This document shows, in pieces, positions 20,928-31,982 of a stretch of DNA of 64,000 nucleotides. The position numbers were made by a program, and so were the translations under genes. The DNA comes from Pseudomonadota bacterium (GTDB taxonomy: Bacteria; Pseudomonadota; Gammaproteobacteria; Burkholderiales; Methylophilaceae). The notes beneath the pieces are model-generated. The model was not told the origin of the DNA and searched no databases. It was given only the letters and a program-made list of their open reading frames with translations. Location of the stretch: the NCBI GenBank assembly GCA_029569495.1, contig JAKQTB010000118.1, forward strand, positions 3,628 to 67,627. Direction: 5' to 3'. The number at the start of each line of letters is the position of its first letter. Position 1 is the stretch's first letter.

Positions 20928-21281
20928 TTATGTTTTTGCTCGCTCAACGACCACTCCCAACGATTTTAACCCTGCCAAAATCGCAGGCTTAGCCACTTTT
21001 ACCTTCACGTTTAACGCACCAAATTCTTGTAAAATCAATTGGCAAATATGCTCAGCGAGGGCTTCTACTAGCTGAAAGCTGTGTTCTGATAATGTTTCGC
21101 GAATGCGACCCACCACAGCGCCGTAGTCGATGGTGTCGGCAATCGCGTCGCTTTTGCAGGCCTTAGTTAAATCGTAGCCAATCTCAATGTCTAAAATAAT
21201 GGTTTGCGCGGTCATGCGTTCCCATTCTGGCACGCCCAGTTTGGTCTGTACTTTGAGTTCGCTAATAAAAATGGTGTCCAT
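20928..21281 (-). CDS. folB: dihydroneopterin aldolase
   Basis: FolB-like 117-aa ORF, divergent from plsY as in many proteobacteria. Confidence 0.8.
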   Translation of the reverse strand: MDTIFISELKVQTKLGVPEWERMTAQTIILDIEIGYDLTKACKSDAIADTIDYGAVVGRIRETLSEHSFQLVEALAEHICQLILQEFGALNVKVKVAKPAILAGLKSLGVVVERAKT

Positions 21282-21348
21282 ACAATGTTTGTTTATCGTA
21301 TAAAATATAATGCTGTAATTTTAGAGCATCTCAAGAAGGTTGGGCAAA

Positions 21349-21969
21349 ATGAATGAGTTAGGTTTTATTCCGGTGACGTTAGTCCCTGCTGTGTGGATTG
21401 TTGCGGCGTATTTGCTGGGTTCGGTAGCTTTTGGTATTTTGGTGAGCAAGGCATTTGGTCTGCCAGATCCGCGCACCGTAGGCAGCGGCAATATTGGCGC
21501 CACAAATGTAGCGCGTAGCGGTAAAAAATCTGCCGCTGTGTTAACGCTGCTGGGTGATGTCCTAAAAGGCTGGCTACCGGTATGGCTGGCGTTACAGTCA
21601 GACATGTTAATGTGGGTGGTGGCTTGGGTTGGATTGGCTGTGTTTTTTGGTCATTTGTACCCGATTTACTATAAATTCAAAGGTGGCAAAGGCGTGGCGA
21701 CCGCACTGGGCGTGATGTTGGCGCTTTCCCCATGGGTTGCGTTGGCGGCACTGGCAACTTGGTTGGTGGTGTTTGCCATTTCACGCTACTCATCTCTTGC
21801 TGCAATTTCCGCTGCCGCACTGGCGCCCGTGTATGCGTGGTTTTTCTTGTCTGCGTATAAAGACTATTTTATGACCGTGCTGGTGATGGCGCTATTTTTG
21901 ATTTGGCGTCACCGCGGCAATATTCAAAAATTGCTGGCAGGCACCGAATCTGGTTTTGGCAAAAAGTAG
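21349..21969 (+). CDS. plsY: glycerol-3-phosphate acyltransferase PlsY
   Basis: GSGNIGATNV motif. ATG 21349 has an AAGAAGG RBS 9 nt upstream (track ORF starts at TTG 21340). Confidence 0.9.
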   Translation: MNELGFIPVTLVPAVWIVAAYLLGSVAFGILVSKAFGLPDPRTVGSGNIGATNVARSGKKSAAVLTLLGDVLKGWLPVWLALQSDMLMWVVAWVGLAVFFGHLYPIYYKFKGGKGVATALGVMLALSPWVALAALATWLVVFAISRYSSLAAISAAALAPVYAWFFLSAYKDYFMTVLVMALFLIWRHRGNIQKLLAGTESGFGKK

Positions 21970-22029
21970 CGCTTTTGCAACATCAAATTGGCATTAAAAA
22001 ATACGCTTAATTCACCTAAATTTAACACC

Positions 22030-22093
22030 AACCTTTTTTGATGCCCTGCGAGCCTTATAAATAAAGGCTCGCAGGGCATAAATTTTTTCTCGG
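22030..22093 (+). repeat. 64-bp hairpin repeat, copy E5 (perfect stem)
   Basis: aaccttttttgatgccctgcgagcc-ttataaataaa-ggctcgcagggcataaattttttctcgg. Confidence 0.95.
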
Positions 22094-22108
22094 ACGAAAA
22101 CGAGGCCA

Positions 22109-23161
22109 TTAAGGTGCTTTTAATTCGCCTAAATCCCATCTTGGTTTTACGCTAAAACTGTAGTCGATTTCATTTATTTGTTGCATGGCTTGCAACCGCA
22201 TTGCACTGAATCTCATTGCCCCGGCAAAAGCAATCATCGCGCCGTTATCTGTGCAAAACTCTAATCGCGGATAACTCACTTTGCAAAGTTTGCGCTTAGT
22301 TGCGGCGTTGAGCTTTTCGCGTAGTTTGCTATTGGCGCCTACGCCGCCAGAAACAATCAAGTTATCTAAGCCCGTTTCGCGTAATGCCGCCATACATTTT
22401 GTGGTTAAGACTTCGGTGACGGCTTCTTGAAACTCCCAAGCAATATCCACTTTGGTTTGCAAATCAAGGTCTGTGTGAGTGTTTACTAGCGTTAAAACGG
22501 CTGTTTTTAAACCACTAAAGCTAAAATTCAAATCACCGCTATTGAGCAGTGGGCGCGGTAATTTAAAGCGCGGTTTGCCATGGGTTGAATGAGAAAGCTC
22601 CGCTAGTTTGGAAAGCGCTGGTCCGCCTGGATAGCCGAGCCCCAACAATTTAGCTGTTTTATCAAACGCCTCACCTGCGGCATCATCTAAGGTGTCACCT
22701 AGCAATTCGTATTGGCCAATACCATCAACGCGCATCAACTGACTATGCCCGCCAGAAACCAGCAGCGCCACAAACGGAAAAGCTGGTGGATTATCTTCAA
22801 GCAAAGGGGCTAATAAATGGCCTTCTAAATGATGCACGCAGATGGTCGGTATTTGCAGGCTAAACGCCAAGGATTCGGCAAAGCTGGTGCCAACCAGCAA
22901 TGCGCCAGATAGCCCTGGTCCTTGTGTATAGGCGATTGCATCAATGTCACTTAGTTTCTTGTCGGCATCTTTTAAAACGCGCTCGGTGAGCGGCAATACG
23001 CGCCGAATATGGTCACGCGAGGCGAGTTCTGGTACCACGCCACCGTACTCGGCGTGCATTTCAACCTGTGAATGCAAGGCGTGCGCCAGTAAACCGCGTT
23101 CGGTGTCGTATAATGCAAGCCCTGTTTCGTCACAGGAAGATTCAACGCCTAAAATTAACAT
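22109..23161 (-). CDS. tsaD: tRNA N6-adenosine threonylcarbamoyltransferase TsaD
   Basis: [14 protein letters not shown] start at 23161 (track ORF starts at 23203). HLEGHL metal motif. Confidence 0.9.
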   Translation of the reverse strand: MLILGVESSCDETGLALYDTERGLLAHALHSQVEMHAEYGGVVPELASRDHIRRVLPLTERVLKDADKKLSDIDAIAYTQGPGLSGALLVGTSFAESLAFSLQIPTICVHHLEGHLLAPLLEDNPPAFPFVALLVSGGHSQLMRVDGIGQYELLGDTLDDAAGEAFDKTAKLLGLGYPGGPALSKLAELSHSTHGKPRFKLPRPLLNSGDLNFSFSGLKTAVLTLVNTHTDLDLQTKVDIAWEFQEAVTEVLTTKCMAALRETGLDNLIVSGGVGANSKLREKLNAATKRKLCKVSYPRLEFCTDNGAMIAFAGAMRFSAMRLQAMQQINEIDYSFSVKPRWDLGELKAP

Positions 23162-23353
23162 GAATGGTGATGGATGAACTGTAAAGGTTGAATTATTGCG
23201 CATTTAACTGATTAATGCATAAAAGTAATTGAATAAAAACAATTATGCGATTAAAATAGTCGGCTTTTCTCAGTTTATAAACCTTGCATGTGCAAAATGG
23301 TTAAGAACTTGAGCATAATTTAAACTAACTTCTTACCAAATAAGAGAGATTGA

Positions 23354-23566
23354 ATGTCTAGTGTACGCGTAAAAGAAAATGAGCCGTTTGACGTTGCCCT
23401 TCGCCGTTTTAAACGCTTAATCGAAAAAACTGGTTTATTGAATGATCTTCGCGCACGCGAATTTTATGAAAAACCAACTTGGGAACGTAAACGTAAAGCT
23501 GCAGCCGCAGTTAAGCGTCAATATCGTCGCCTGATGAAGCAAACATTGCCAGCTAAACTTTACTAA
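23354..23566 (+). CDS. rpsU: 30S ribosomal protein S21
   Basis: Canonical S21 sequence. Confidence 0.95.
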   Translation: MSSVRVKENEPFDVALRRFKRLIEKTGLLNDLRAREFYEKPTWERKRKAAAAVKRQYRRLMKQTLPAKLY

Positions 23567-23575
23567 GTTAGTCTG

Positions 23576-23884
23576 ATGGCTGATTCCAAGGAAGTTGAAG
23601 CAAAGCCTGAAGATGTATTTTGGCAGTTGACTGATAATTTTATTGGCCATGCCAATTCGCTAGTGCCGGCGCACGACGTTGGTGTTGTGAATGCGAGCAT
23701 GATATTTGCATCGGCTCGCTTTAATACTTTTGTCATCGCTTCGCAGTGTGGCACTAAAGAAGCATTTGAGGCCGAAAAAGCCGCTGCTTTAGAATATTTT
23801 GTAAATCAATACAAAATTGCGCTTACAGAACACATGGCAGAAGTGCAAACAAATTTCGACAAATACATTAGTCCAAGCGCCTAA
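23576..23884 (+). CDS. small conserved protein (DUF3144-like, tentative)
   Basis: 102-aa ORF 10 nt after rpsU, same strand, tightly packed. Confidence 0.5.
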   Translation: MADSKEVEAKPEDVFWQLTDNFIGHANSLVPAHDVGVVNASMIFASARFNTFVIASQCGTKEAFEAEKAAALEYFVNQYKIALTEHMAEVQTNFDKYISPSA

Positions 23885-23889
23885 AATCC

Positions 23890-24333
23890 ATGAGTCTCAA
23901 GCAACAAATCTCCGAAGACATGAAAAACGCGATGCGCGCTAAAGATAGCGCGCGTTTAGGCGCAATTCGTTTGCTGCAAGCCGCCATTAAGCAGCGCGAA
24001 GTGGACGAGCGCATAGAGATGACCGATGCAGATGTGATTGCTGCGATTGAGAAAATGCTTAAACAACGACGCGATTCAATCGCCGCGTTTGAATTAGCCA
24101 ACCGCACAGATTTAGCCGATATTGAAAAGTTTGAAGTGAGCGTGTTGCAAACTTACATGCCGCAACAATTGAGCGATGAAGCCATTCACCAAATTATTAA
24201 CCAAGTGATTGCCGATACCGGCGCGCAAGGTGCTAAAGATATGGGTAAAGTGGTTGGGTTGGTCAAACCGCTAGTCGCAGGTGTTGCAGATATGGGTAAA
24301 GTGTCGGGCTTAATAAAGGCGCGACTAAGTTAA
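23890..24333 (+). CDS. GatB/YqeY domain protein
   Basis: YqeY-like sequence MSLKQQISEDMKNAMRAKD. Confidence 0.8.
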   Translation: MSLKQQISEDMKNAMRAKDSARLGAIRLLQAAIKQREVDERIEMTDADVIAAIEKMLKQRRDSIAAFELANRTDLADIEKFEVSVLQTYMPQQLSDEAIHQIINQVIADTGAQGAKDMGKVVGLVKPLVAGVADMGKVSGLIKARLS

Positions 24334-24371
24334 ATTTGGATAATCCGCAATCCAGCGATTAAAAAAACAAG

Positions 24372-24395
24372 GGAGCGACATCGCTCCTTTTTTTA
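24372..24395 (+). terminator. intrinsic terminator or attenuator before dnaG
   Basis: Stem ggagcg/cgctcc with a 4-nt loop, followed by an 8-T run. Confidence 0.65.
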
Positions 24396-24417
24396 TTGAT
24401 GCTTTATACTCACGCAT

Positions 24418-26187
24418 ATGATTCCAGAAAGTTTTATTCAAGAATTACTGAATCGCGTTGATATTGTCGATGTGGTTGATAAATCTGTCCCGCTTAAAAA
24501 GGCTGGTGCAAATTATTCTGCTTGCTGCCCGTTTCATAATGAAAAATCCCCCAGTTTTACCGTGAGTCCAACCAAGCAGTTTTATCACTGTTTTGGTTGC
24601 GGTGCGCATGGTACGGCGCTGGGTTTTTTAATGGAATATCAAGGTCTTAGCTTTGTAGAAGCTGTTCATGAACTCGCTAAAATGGTGGGCCTGCAAGTGC
24701 CACAAGTGCAAGCAACACCAGAAGCGCGAGAGCAAGCGCATGCGCAACAAAAAGTGGCGGCAAGTTTGCAAGAGGTGTTACAGCAAGCGGCTGATTATTA
24801 CAAGGCTGAGCTTAAAAAATCACCGCGTGCGATTGAATATTTAAAAGCGCGCGGCTTAAGTGGTAAAGTTGCTGCAAAATTCCAGATTGGTTATGCGCCC
24901 GCTGGCTGGCAGAATTTGCAAAGTGTGTTTCCACAATATGAAAACGAAGCGCTCAATGTTGCAGGGTTGGTCGTTGAAAATGAACAAGGTAAACGTTACG
25001 ACCGCTTTCGAGACCGTATTATGTTTCCAATTCATGACCAAAAAGGCCAGGTGATTGGCTTTGGTGGGCGCGTGATTAACCCAGAAGATACGCCTAAATA
25101 TTACAACTCCCCTGAAACGCCGTTATTCCAAAAGGGCCATGAGCTTTACGGCTTGTTTTTAGCGCGTCGTGCAATTCGTGATGCTGGTCGTGCGCTGGTG
25201 GTAGAAGGTTATATGGATGTGGTGGCGCTTGCACAATACGGCATTGAATATGCTGTTGCGGCGCTAGGTACCGCAACCACACCTGTTCATATTGCTAAGC
25301 TCATGCGTCAAGCAGATGAAATCGTATTTTGCTTTGATGGTGATAACGCTGGCCGCACGGCCGCTTGGCGTGCGGCAATGAATGCGTTGCCAGCACTGAG
25401 TGATGGCTTAAAGTTATCTTTCTTATTTTTGCCAAAAGAACACGACCCTGATTCATACGTGCGTGAATTTGGAAAAGAAAAGTTTGAGGCTGAAATGAAG
25501 GTGGCTATGCCGCTTTCGCAATATATTCTTAAGCATTTAAGTGAAAATAATACCTTGCAAAGCCAAGAGGATAAAGTACGGTTTTTGAATGAAGCAGAAC
25601 CAATTTTGCAGCAAATTAAGGCACCACGCAGTGCAATGTTTTTGCGTAAAAAAGTGGCGGAGCTCGCGCAACTTTCGACAGATGAAATGCATAGTATGCT
25701 TAAACTGCCCAGCTTGAACAAAGCACCAGTGCAAGCAAGGCCAAAGTTTTCACGCACGCCTAGTTCATTACATAAGCGTTTTTGCCTCATGCTGCTAATG
25801 CAGCCAAGTTTTGCAGCCGCAGAAGATTTATTGTGGGTGGTTGGTCAAGGGGATGAGACGCAATTATTGCGCCATACTATTGAAACTTGTCTAATTCACC
25901 CTCATTCTAAGCCTGTGGTCATTATGCGAGCGCTTGAAACGAAAGTGGACGCAAAGTTATTGCGCGATTTAGAGCGGGACTTGCATTTACTAGATGAAAC
26001 ATTAGACATGGCACTTGAGCTCACTGGCGCAAGACACCAGCTAAAACAAACTTACACTCAACAGAGTAGCAATGTTTTGTTGGCTCATTTGAGTGAAAAG
26101 CCCTTAAGCGACCTCACGGAAGATGAGAAAGCAATGTTAAGGACGGTTGGGTTTAAAACTTTAGCTACTAAACTCGAGCCAAAATAG
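24418..26187 (+). CDS. dnaG: DNA primase
   Basis: Zinc finger CCPFHNEKSPSF...CFGCGAHG and TOPRIM EGYMDV. Confidence 0.9.
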   Translation: MIPESFIQELLNRVDIVDVVDKSVPLKKAGANYSACCPFHNEKSPSFTVSPTKQFYHCFGCGAHGTALGFLMEYQGLSFVEAVHELAKMVGLQVPQVQATPEAREQAHAQQKVAASLQEVLQQAADYYKAELKKSPRAIEYLKARGLSGKVAAKFQIGYAPAGWQNLQSVFPQYENEALNVAGLVVENEQGKRYDRFRDRIMFPIHDQKGQVIGFGGRVINPEDTPKYYNSPETPLFQKGHELYGLFLARRAIRDAGRALVVEGYMDVVALAQYGIEYAVAALGTATTPVHIAKLMRQADEIVFCFDGDNAGRTAAWRAAMNALPALSDGLKLSFLFLPKEHDPDSYVREFGKEKFEAEMKVAMPLSQYILKHLSENNTLQSQEDKVRFLNEAEPILQQIKAPRSAMFLRKKVAELAQLSTDEMHSMLKLPSLNKAPVQARPKFSRTPSSLHKRFCLMLLMQPSFAAAEDLLWVVGQGDETQLLRHTIETCLIHPHSKPVVIMRALETKVDAKLLRDLERDLHLLDETLDMALELTGARHQLKQTYTQQSSNVLLAHLSEKPLSDLTEDEKAMLRTVGFKTLATKLEPK

Positions 26188-26276
26188 GGTTTAATTCTGT
26201 TATAATTGAAGGTTACAAAAAATCATTTGCCAGATACTTTTTTAGAAATCTGGCGTGCAAAATTTAGAGGTAAGTC

Positions 26277-28217
26277 ATGGCGAGACCAAAGAAAAGCGAA
26301 CAAGAAGCAGCAAAAGAAAAAAATGAATTTATGACACCTGCTATTCAAGAAGCAAATGCGGAAGAGCGTCGTGTTCGTTTAAAATCGCTGATAGTACTAG
26401 GCAAAGAACGCGGCTATTTGACCTACGCTGAGATCAATGACCATCTGCCCGATGACGTGCAAGGCTCTGAGCAGATTGATGGCATTATCGGCATGATTAA
26501 TGACATGGGTATTCAGGTTTATGAAGAAGTCCCTGATGCCGAAGTGTTATTAATGTCAGATGCCCCAGCAGCCGTTACTGATGAAGATGCCGTTGAAGAA
26601 GCTGAGCAGGCGCTGGCAACGGTAGATTCCGATTTTGGTCGTACTACTGACCCCGTGCGCATGTACATGCGTGAAATGGGTACGGTTGACCTGCTCACAC
26701 GTGAGAGCGAAATCGAAATTGCGCGTCGTATTGAAGATGGCCTCAAGCATATGGTGCAAGCGATTGCCGCCTGTCCAACTACGATTGCTGCGCTTTTAGA
26801 AATGGTTGATAAAGTTGAAAACGATGAAATGAGCGTTGACGACTTAGTCGATGGCTTAATTGATGCCGATGTTGGCCTAGATGATGCCATGACGGTAGAG
26901 GCCGCAGAAGATGAAGAACCAGAGTTGGTTGATGATGACGAAGATGACGGTGATGAAGATGGTGCAAAAGCTGCGGCCATTTCTGCTGAAGCATTAGCAA
27001 GATTAAAAGAAGAAGTTGTGAATCGTTTTGCGGTAATTCGGGCAGCAAATCAAAAAATGCAGTTAATTTTAGCTGAGAGCGGCTCGCAAGATTCAGAATA
27101 TCAAAGATTGTTAGCAGAAATTTTAGAAGAACTGACAGCGTTTAGGTTCTCAGCAAAACAAGTAGAAGGCTTGTGCGACCAAGTGCGTGCAATTATTGAA
27201 GCAGTGCGTGGCCATGAGCGTAAAGTGATGGATTTCTGTGTTGAAAAATCGGGTATGCCTAGAGCGCATTTTATTAAATCATTCCCAGGAAATGAGTGTG
27301 ATTTAAGCTGGCTGGAACAAGAGTTAAAAGCTGAAAAACCCTACATAGAAAAATTAGCAAGGTATAACCACTCGATTATTGACCAACAGCAACGACTGAT
27401 TGATTTGGAAAATAAAGTCGGTATTCCAATCAGAGAGTTAAAAGAAATCAACAAGCAGATGTCCACTGGCGAGGCGCGTGCAAGACGTGCTAAACGCGAA
27501 ATGATTGAAGCAAACTTGCGCTTAGTGATTTCAATTGCAAAAAAATACACTAACAGAGGCTTGCAATTTCTAGATTTAATCCAAGAAGGTAATATTGGTT
27601 TAATGAAAGCGGTTGATAAATTTGAATACCGACGCGGCTTTAAATTTTCAACTTATGCTACTTGGTGGATTCGTCAGGCAATCACTCGCTCAATTGCTGA
27701 CCAAGCAAGAACGATACGTATTCCTGTGCATATGATTGAAACGATTAATAAAATGAATCGTATCAGCCGACAAATCTTGCAAGAAACCGGAGTGGAGCCA
27801 GATCCAGCGACATTGGCAGAGAAAATGGAAATGCCTGAAGATAAGATTCGTAAAATCTTAAAAATTAGTAAAGAGCCGATTTCGATGGAAACCCCAATCG
27901 GAGATGATGAAGATTCCCACTTAGGCGACTTTATTGAAGATAGTACAACGTTAGCACCTGTAGATGCTGCTGTTTACGCTAGCTTGCGCGATGCGACAAG
28001 TGAAGTATTGGAATCTCTCACGCCGCGTGAAGCAAAAGTGTTACGCATGCGTTTCGGTATTGAGATGAATACTGACCATACGCTAGAAGAAGTAGGTAAA
28101 CAATTTGATGTAACGCGTGAGCGTATTCGTCAGATTGAGGCTAAGGCGCTACGTAAACTGCGTCATCCAACACGTTCGGAAAGATTAAGAAGCTTTTTGG
28201 AAACAGGCCAAGACTAA
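26277..28217 (+). CDS. rpoD: RNA polymerase sigma-70 factor RpoD
   Basis: Acidic region 1, conserved regions 2-4 ([12 protein letters not shown]) and C-terminal HTH. Confidence 0.95.
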   Translation: MARPKKSEQEAAKEKNEFMTPAIQEANAEERRVRLKSLIVLGKERGYLTYAEINDHLPDDVQGSEQIDGIIGMINDMGIQVYEEVPDAEVLLMSDAPAAVTDEDAVEEAEQALATVDSDFGRTTDPVRMYMREMGTVDLLTRESEIEIARRIEDGLKHMVQAIAACPTTIAALLEMVDKVENDEMSVDDLVDGLIDADVGLDDAMTVEAAEDEEPELVDDDEDDGDEDGAKAAAISAEALARLKEEVVNRFAVIRAANQKMQLILAESGSQDSEYQRLLAEILEELTAFRFSAKQVEGLCDQVRAIIEAVRGHERKVMDFCVEKSGMPRAHFIKSFPGNECDLSWLEQELKAEKPYIEKLARYNHSIIDQQQRLIDLENKVGIPIRELKEINKQMSTGEARARRAKREMIEANLRLVISIAKKYTNRGLQFLDLIQEGNIGLMKAVDKFEYRRGFKFSTYATWWIRQAITRSIADQARTIRIPVHMIETINKMNRISRQILQETGVEPDPATLAEKMEMPEDKIRKILKISKEPISMETPIGDDEDSHLGDFIEDSTTLAPVDAAVYASLRDATSEVLESLTPREAKVLRMRFGIEMNTDHTLEEVGKQFDVTRERIRQIEAKALRKLRHPTRSERLRSFLETGQD

Positions 28218-28245
28218 ACATAAATAAAAATATACAAAAGGTTTT

Positions 28246-28324
<79 letters not shown>

Positions 28325-28334
28325 ATATAAAAAA

Positions 28335-28364
28335 GGCTTGCAGCGATGTAAGCCTTTTTCTTTT
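28335..28364 (+). terminator. intrinsic terminator after tRNA
   Basis: 8-bp stem ggcttgca/tgtaagcc followed by TTTTTCTTTT. Confidence 0.65.
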
Positions 28365-28488
28365 CAATAAATTTTTTACGTCAACCTTGAAGCCGCGTTA
28401 GTAAGTAGATTAAAGGGCTGTTTGTAATTTACCGCCCAGTCATTGGATACTAATATAGAATCAAGCTTCTTCCTTAATTCAAGTGTAG

Positions 28489-29841
28489 ATGATAAGAAAC
28501 AGTATGAAGTGGCTTAAATTCACGGGGATTATTTTCTTGCTGTTGCTAGCAGTTTTAGCCGCTCTGCCATTTTTTATTTCTTTGAATGATTATATTCCAC
28601 TGATTGAGAATAAACTTTCTGCAAAGATTGATGAGCCAGTTACAATCAATAATATTCAACTTAGATTGCTGCCAACGCCACATATCAATGTAAATGACGT
28701 AATGGTAGGCGTTGAAGGTGATTTAAAACTGGCTAGGGTGGTGTTGACACCAGATATTTTTTCAATATTCAAATCACTCTATGTAATCAAAGATATTGAG
28801 ATTGATGCGCTTGTTATTAATCAGAAAGCAATTAATCGGCTGATGAAATTTACTAAGGAAGCGTCATCTCCTCCACATGCAAAGCCTCAATTTAGAGTAG
28901 GTAGACTTAGTTTTACGAATGCTCAGTTAAATTTAGGTAAATTGTATTTTGGGCCGTTTCATGCAAATGTTAATTTAGACAGTAATGGTAAGTTGTTGGA
29001 GGCCTCTTTAGCAACAGTGGACAGTAAATTTCGCGCATTGATCAAACCTGAAAACTTGAATTATTCTATAGTGGCAAGTGCTAAAAATTGGACCTTGCCG
29101 TATGAACCAAGATTTAACCTAGATGAATTAAGTCTATTGGCGGTAGCGACAACAAATGATATTCAATTTAGTAAAGTGGATGCTAAGCTTTATGGGGGTA
29201 CAGCGAACGGCCAAATGGCTATAAATTGGCGAAAGGGGCTGAAAGTGAATGGCAGCGTTGATGTAAGGCAAGTCGAGTTGGAAAAAATCGCTAAAATATT
29301 ATCCTCTAAGACGCATGTAAGTGGGCAAGTCACCGCGAAACCTGTTTTCTCTGCATCTGCAAATTCGATAGAACATTTGATGCAATCAATGCGCTTAGAA
29401 GCCTCTTTTGATGTTCAAAAAGGTGTGCTGTACGGTGTTGATATACAGTCCGCAGCAACAAATGTTATCAAGCAAGGGACGACTGGCGGTCAAACAAATT
29501 TTGAGCATCTGTCTGGTTATTTTGTGATGGCGAAAAGCAGTTATCAGTTTTCAAAATTAAAAATTACATCTGGAACATTGTCTGTGGAAGGCAATGTCAA
29601 TATATCTCATAAAAAAGAATTATCTGGTCGAATTAACACACAAGTTAAAGTAGCTGGCATTAGCACAATAGTCCCTTTGAATGTTGCGGGCACATTAGAT
29701 GCACCTAGGCTACACCCTACAGCTGCAACAATGGCAGGGGCAGCACTGGGCACTGCGGTGATGGGGCCTGGCGTAGGAACATCTGTGGGCGCTAAGGTGG
29801 GAGGCTGGGTGGATGATTTGTTTGGCAAAAAGAAAAAATAA
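28489..29841 (+). CDS. AsmA-family outer-membrane biogenesis protein (tentative)
   Basis: N-terminal TM anchor, long beta-rich periplasmic region and Gly-rich C-terminus. Confidence 0.55.
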   Translation: MIRNSMKWLKFTGIIFLLLLAVLAALPFFISLNDYIPLIENKLSAKIDEPVTINNIQLRLLPTPHINVNDVMVGVEGDLKLARVVLTPDIFSIFKSLYVIKDIEIDALVINQKAINRLMKFTKEASSPPHAKPQFRVGRLSFTNAQLNLGKLYFGPFHANVNLDSNGKLLEASLATVDSKFRALIKPENLNYSIVASAKNWTLPYEPRFNLDELSLLAVATTNDIQFSKVDAKLYGGTANGQMAINWRKGLKVNGSVDVRQVELEKIAKILSSKTHVSGQVTAKPVFSASANSIEHLMQSMRLEASFDVQKGVLYGVDIQSAATNVIKQGTTGGQTNFEHLSGYFVMAKSSYQFSKLKITSGTLSVEGNVNISHKKELSGRINTQVKVAGISTIVPLNVAGTLDAPRLHPTAATMAGAALGTAVMGPGVGTSVGAKVGGWVDDLFGKKKK

Positions 29842-29939
29842 GTAGAAAGGTAAACAATCAGCCAATGTTGTTAAATTGGCGTATAAAGTAATCATTCAGG
29901 TCGTAAATAATTACGATATGCGATAGAGGAAAACTAAAC

Positions 29940-31025
29940 ATGGATGAAATAGTATCTACCGAACGAGATGTACCACAAGACGATGATTGGGGAACTATTG
30001 GCCATGTGCAAACGCTTGTTCTCATGATGGTAACCGTGCTTGGTATTTATTTGTGTTACAAAATGGCGTTGCCGTTTTTGGCTGTCGTTGCTTGGGCTTT
30101 GACACTAGCCGTTTTATTTACACCGCTACAAAACTGGCTTGAAGCTAAATTAAAGCGCACTGGTTTGGCAGCATTCATTTCAATTTTATTGATTGGGGTG
30201 ATTGTTGTCATTCCTACATTATTTGTAGGGCAGCAACTCGTGATTCAGGCAGTTAAAGGTTCGCAGATAGTCGAGCAAAAAATAAACTCCGGAGAGTGGC
30301 GGCGTTCGCTAGAGGCGCAGCCTCAACTGGCGCCTATTATTGATAGAGTTGAGAAATATGTCGATTTACCCGGCACGCTTAAAATTTTTACAACGTGGCT
30401 GGGTAGCGCTGCAGGAGCCATCGTTAAAGGTTCAGTGTATCAAGTATTAGGAATCTGTTTGATTTTTTACATGCTGTTTTTTTTCATTCGTGATCGTCGC
30501 TTAGCGCTTGCCGCCATCAAAGCGCTATCGCCACTTTCAGAAAATGAGATGGACACCATGATACGGCGCGTTGGCGACACCATTCATGCAACCGTTTATG
30601 GCACCTTTGCCATTGCAGCAGTGCAAGGACTATTAGGCGGGCTAATGTTTTGGTGGCTTGACTTACCTGCGCCATTTTTATGGGGTTTGGTGATGAGTTT
30701 GCTGGCTATTGTGCCAATGTTGGGAGCCTCCATTATTTGGGCACCTGCGGCGCTATTTTTGGCATTAGATGGCAATACGAGCAGTGCATTGATGCTGACG
30801 ATTTGGGGTGTATTCGTTGTGAGTACGATTGATAACATACTCAGGCCAATATTTGTTGGAAACAGGTTAAAACTTCATACCGTTTTAGCCTTTATGTCCG
30901 TTGTTGGTGGGCTGTTGGTTTTTGGCGCAGCAGGCCTTATTTTGGGACCAGTCACGTTGACAATAACCATCACTTTGTTAGATATTTGGGCCAAGAGAAC
31001 GGCCGTAAAGACGACTGATGCATAA
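29940..31025 (+). CDS. AI-2E (PerM/YhhT) family transporter
   Basis: Polytopic membrane ORF with a family-typical C-terminal half. Confidence 0.75.
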   Translation: MDEIVSTERDVPQDDDWGTIGHVQTLVLMMVTVLGIYLCYKMALPFLAVVAWALTLAVLFTPLQNWLEAKLKRTGLAAFISILLIGVIVVIPTLFVGQQLVIQAVKGSQIVEQKINSGEWRRSLEAQPQLAPIIDRVEKYVDLPGTLKIFTTWLGSAAGAIVKGSVYQVLGICLIFYMLFFFIRDRRLALAAIKALSPLSENEMDTMIRRVGDTIHATVYGTFAIAAVQGLLGGLMFWWLDLPAPFLWGLVMSLLAIVPMLGASIIWAPAALFLALDGNTSSALMLTIWGVFVVSTIDNILRPIFVGNRLKLHTVLAFMSVVGGLLVFGAAGLILGPVTLTITITLLDIWAKRTAVKTTDA

Positions 31026-31890
31026 CGTTCAACAAGAAAATGATTGTTGCTTGTCGCTGGAAATGTTTAACGGCGACCTGCCACAGCGTCATGCAAATGC
31101 GCACAAAGGCACTTTTGGCAGTGTTGCTGTAATCGGTGGAGCTACCGGCATGGTCGGGTCGGTTTTGTTGGCCGCGCGCGCGGCACTGCACAGCGGAGCT
31201 GGCCGCATATATGTGGCACTGTTAAGTGAAAACGCCCCCGCAGTTGATTTTATACAGCCAGAAATCATGCTACGCGCTTTAGACGACATTGTGCAATTAC
31301 CACAATTAAATTGCCTAGTGATTGGCCCCGGTTTAGGTCAGTCAATGGTGGCGATTAAGCAACTTGAATATTGGGTGAATCAAAGTGTTCCAATTTTGCT
31401 TGATGCAGACGCGCTCAATCTTATTGCTAGTCAGCCACATTTAGCGAGCGCAGTAGCTAGCCGCACTTCACCAACAGTGATGACCCCACATGCGGGTGAA
31501 GCAGGGCGTTTGCTGGCTTTCAGCACTGAGGCGGTGACGCAAAATCGGCTAGAAAGCGCAATAATACTTGCCGAAAAGTTTAACGCGATATGTGTACTTA
31601 AAGGCGCGGGTACGCTCATTGTGCAAGACAAGCATCATTACTTTATCAACACCACTGGTAACGTCGGGCTGGCAAGTGGCGGCACAGGAGACGTATTAAG
31701 TGGCATCATTGGCAGTTTAATGGCGCAGGGCCTCGCGGCAATCAATGCTGCAAAACTTGGTGTTTTTGTGCATGGTGCGGCGGCTGATGCGCTGGTAAAA
31801 AAAGGGATTGGCCCTATTGGGTTAACAGCCTCAGAAGTTATTTTGGAAGTGCGTCATCAGCTAAATCAATTGCACAAAAACGTAGCATAA
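31018..31890 (+). CDS. nnrD: ADP-dependent NAD(P)H-hydrate dehydratase
   Basis: Motifs HKGTFGSVAVIGG and GGTGDVLSGIIG. Overlaps the upstream gene by 8 nt. Confidence 0.8.
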   Translation: MHNVQQENDCCLSLEMFNGDLPQRHANAHKGTFGSVAVIGGATGMVGSVLLAARAALHSGAGRIYVALLSENAPAVDFIQPEIMLRALDDIVQLPQLNCLVIGPGLGQSMVAIKQLEYWVNQSVPILLDADALNLIASQPHLASAVASRTSPTVMTPHAGEAGRLLAFSTEAVTQNRLESAIILAEKFNAICVLKGAGTLIVQDKHHYFINTTGNVGLASGGTGDVLSGIIGSLMAQGLAAINAAKLGVFVHGAAADALVKKGIGPIGLTASEVILEVRHQLNQLHKNVA

Positions 31891-31950
31891 CTTTTTAGAT
31901 GCTCTGGAAGCCTTTATTTACAAGGCTCACAGAGCATTTATTTTTTCACG
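31889..31950 (+). repeat. 64-bp hairpin repeat, copy E6 (hairpin flipped; clips the nnrD stop codon)
   Basis: aactttttagatgctctggaagcc-tttatttacaa-ggctcacagagcatttattttttcacg. Confidence 0.85.
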
Positions 31951-31982
31951 TAGATTTTCTTTGTTGATTTGAATAAAAATAG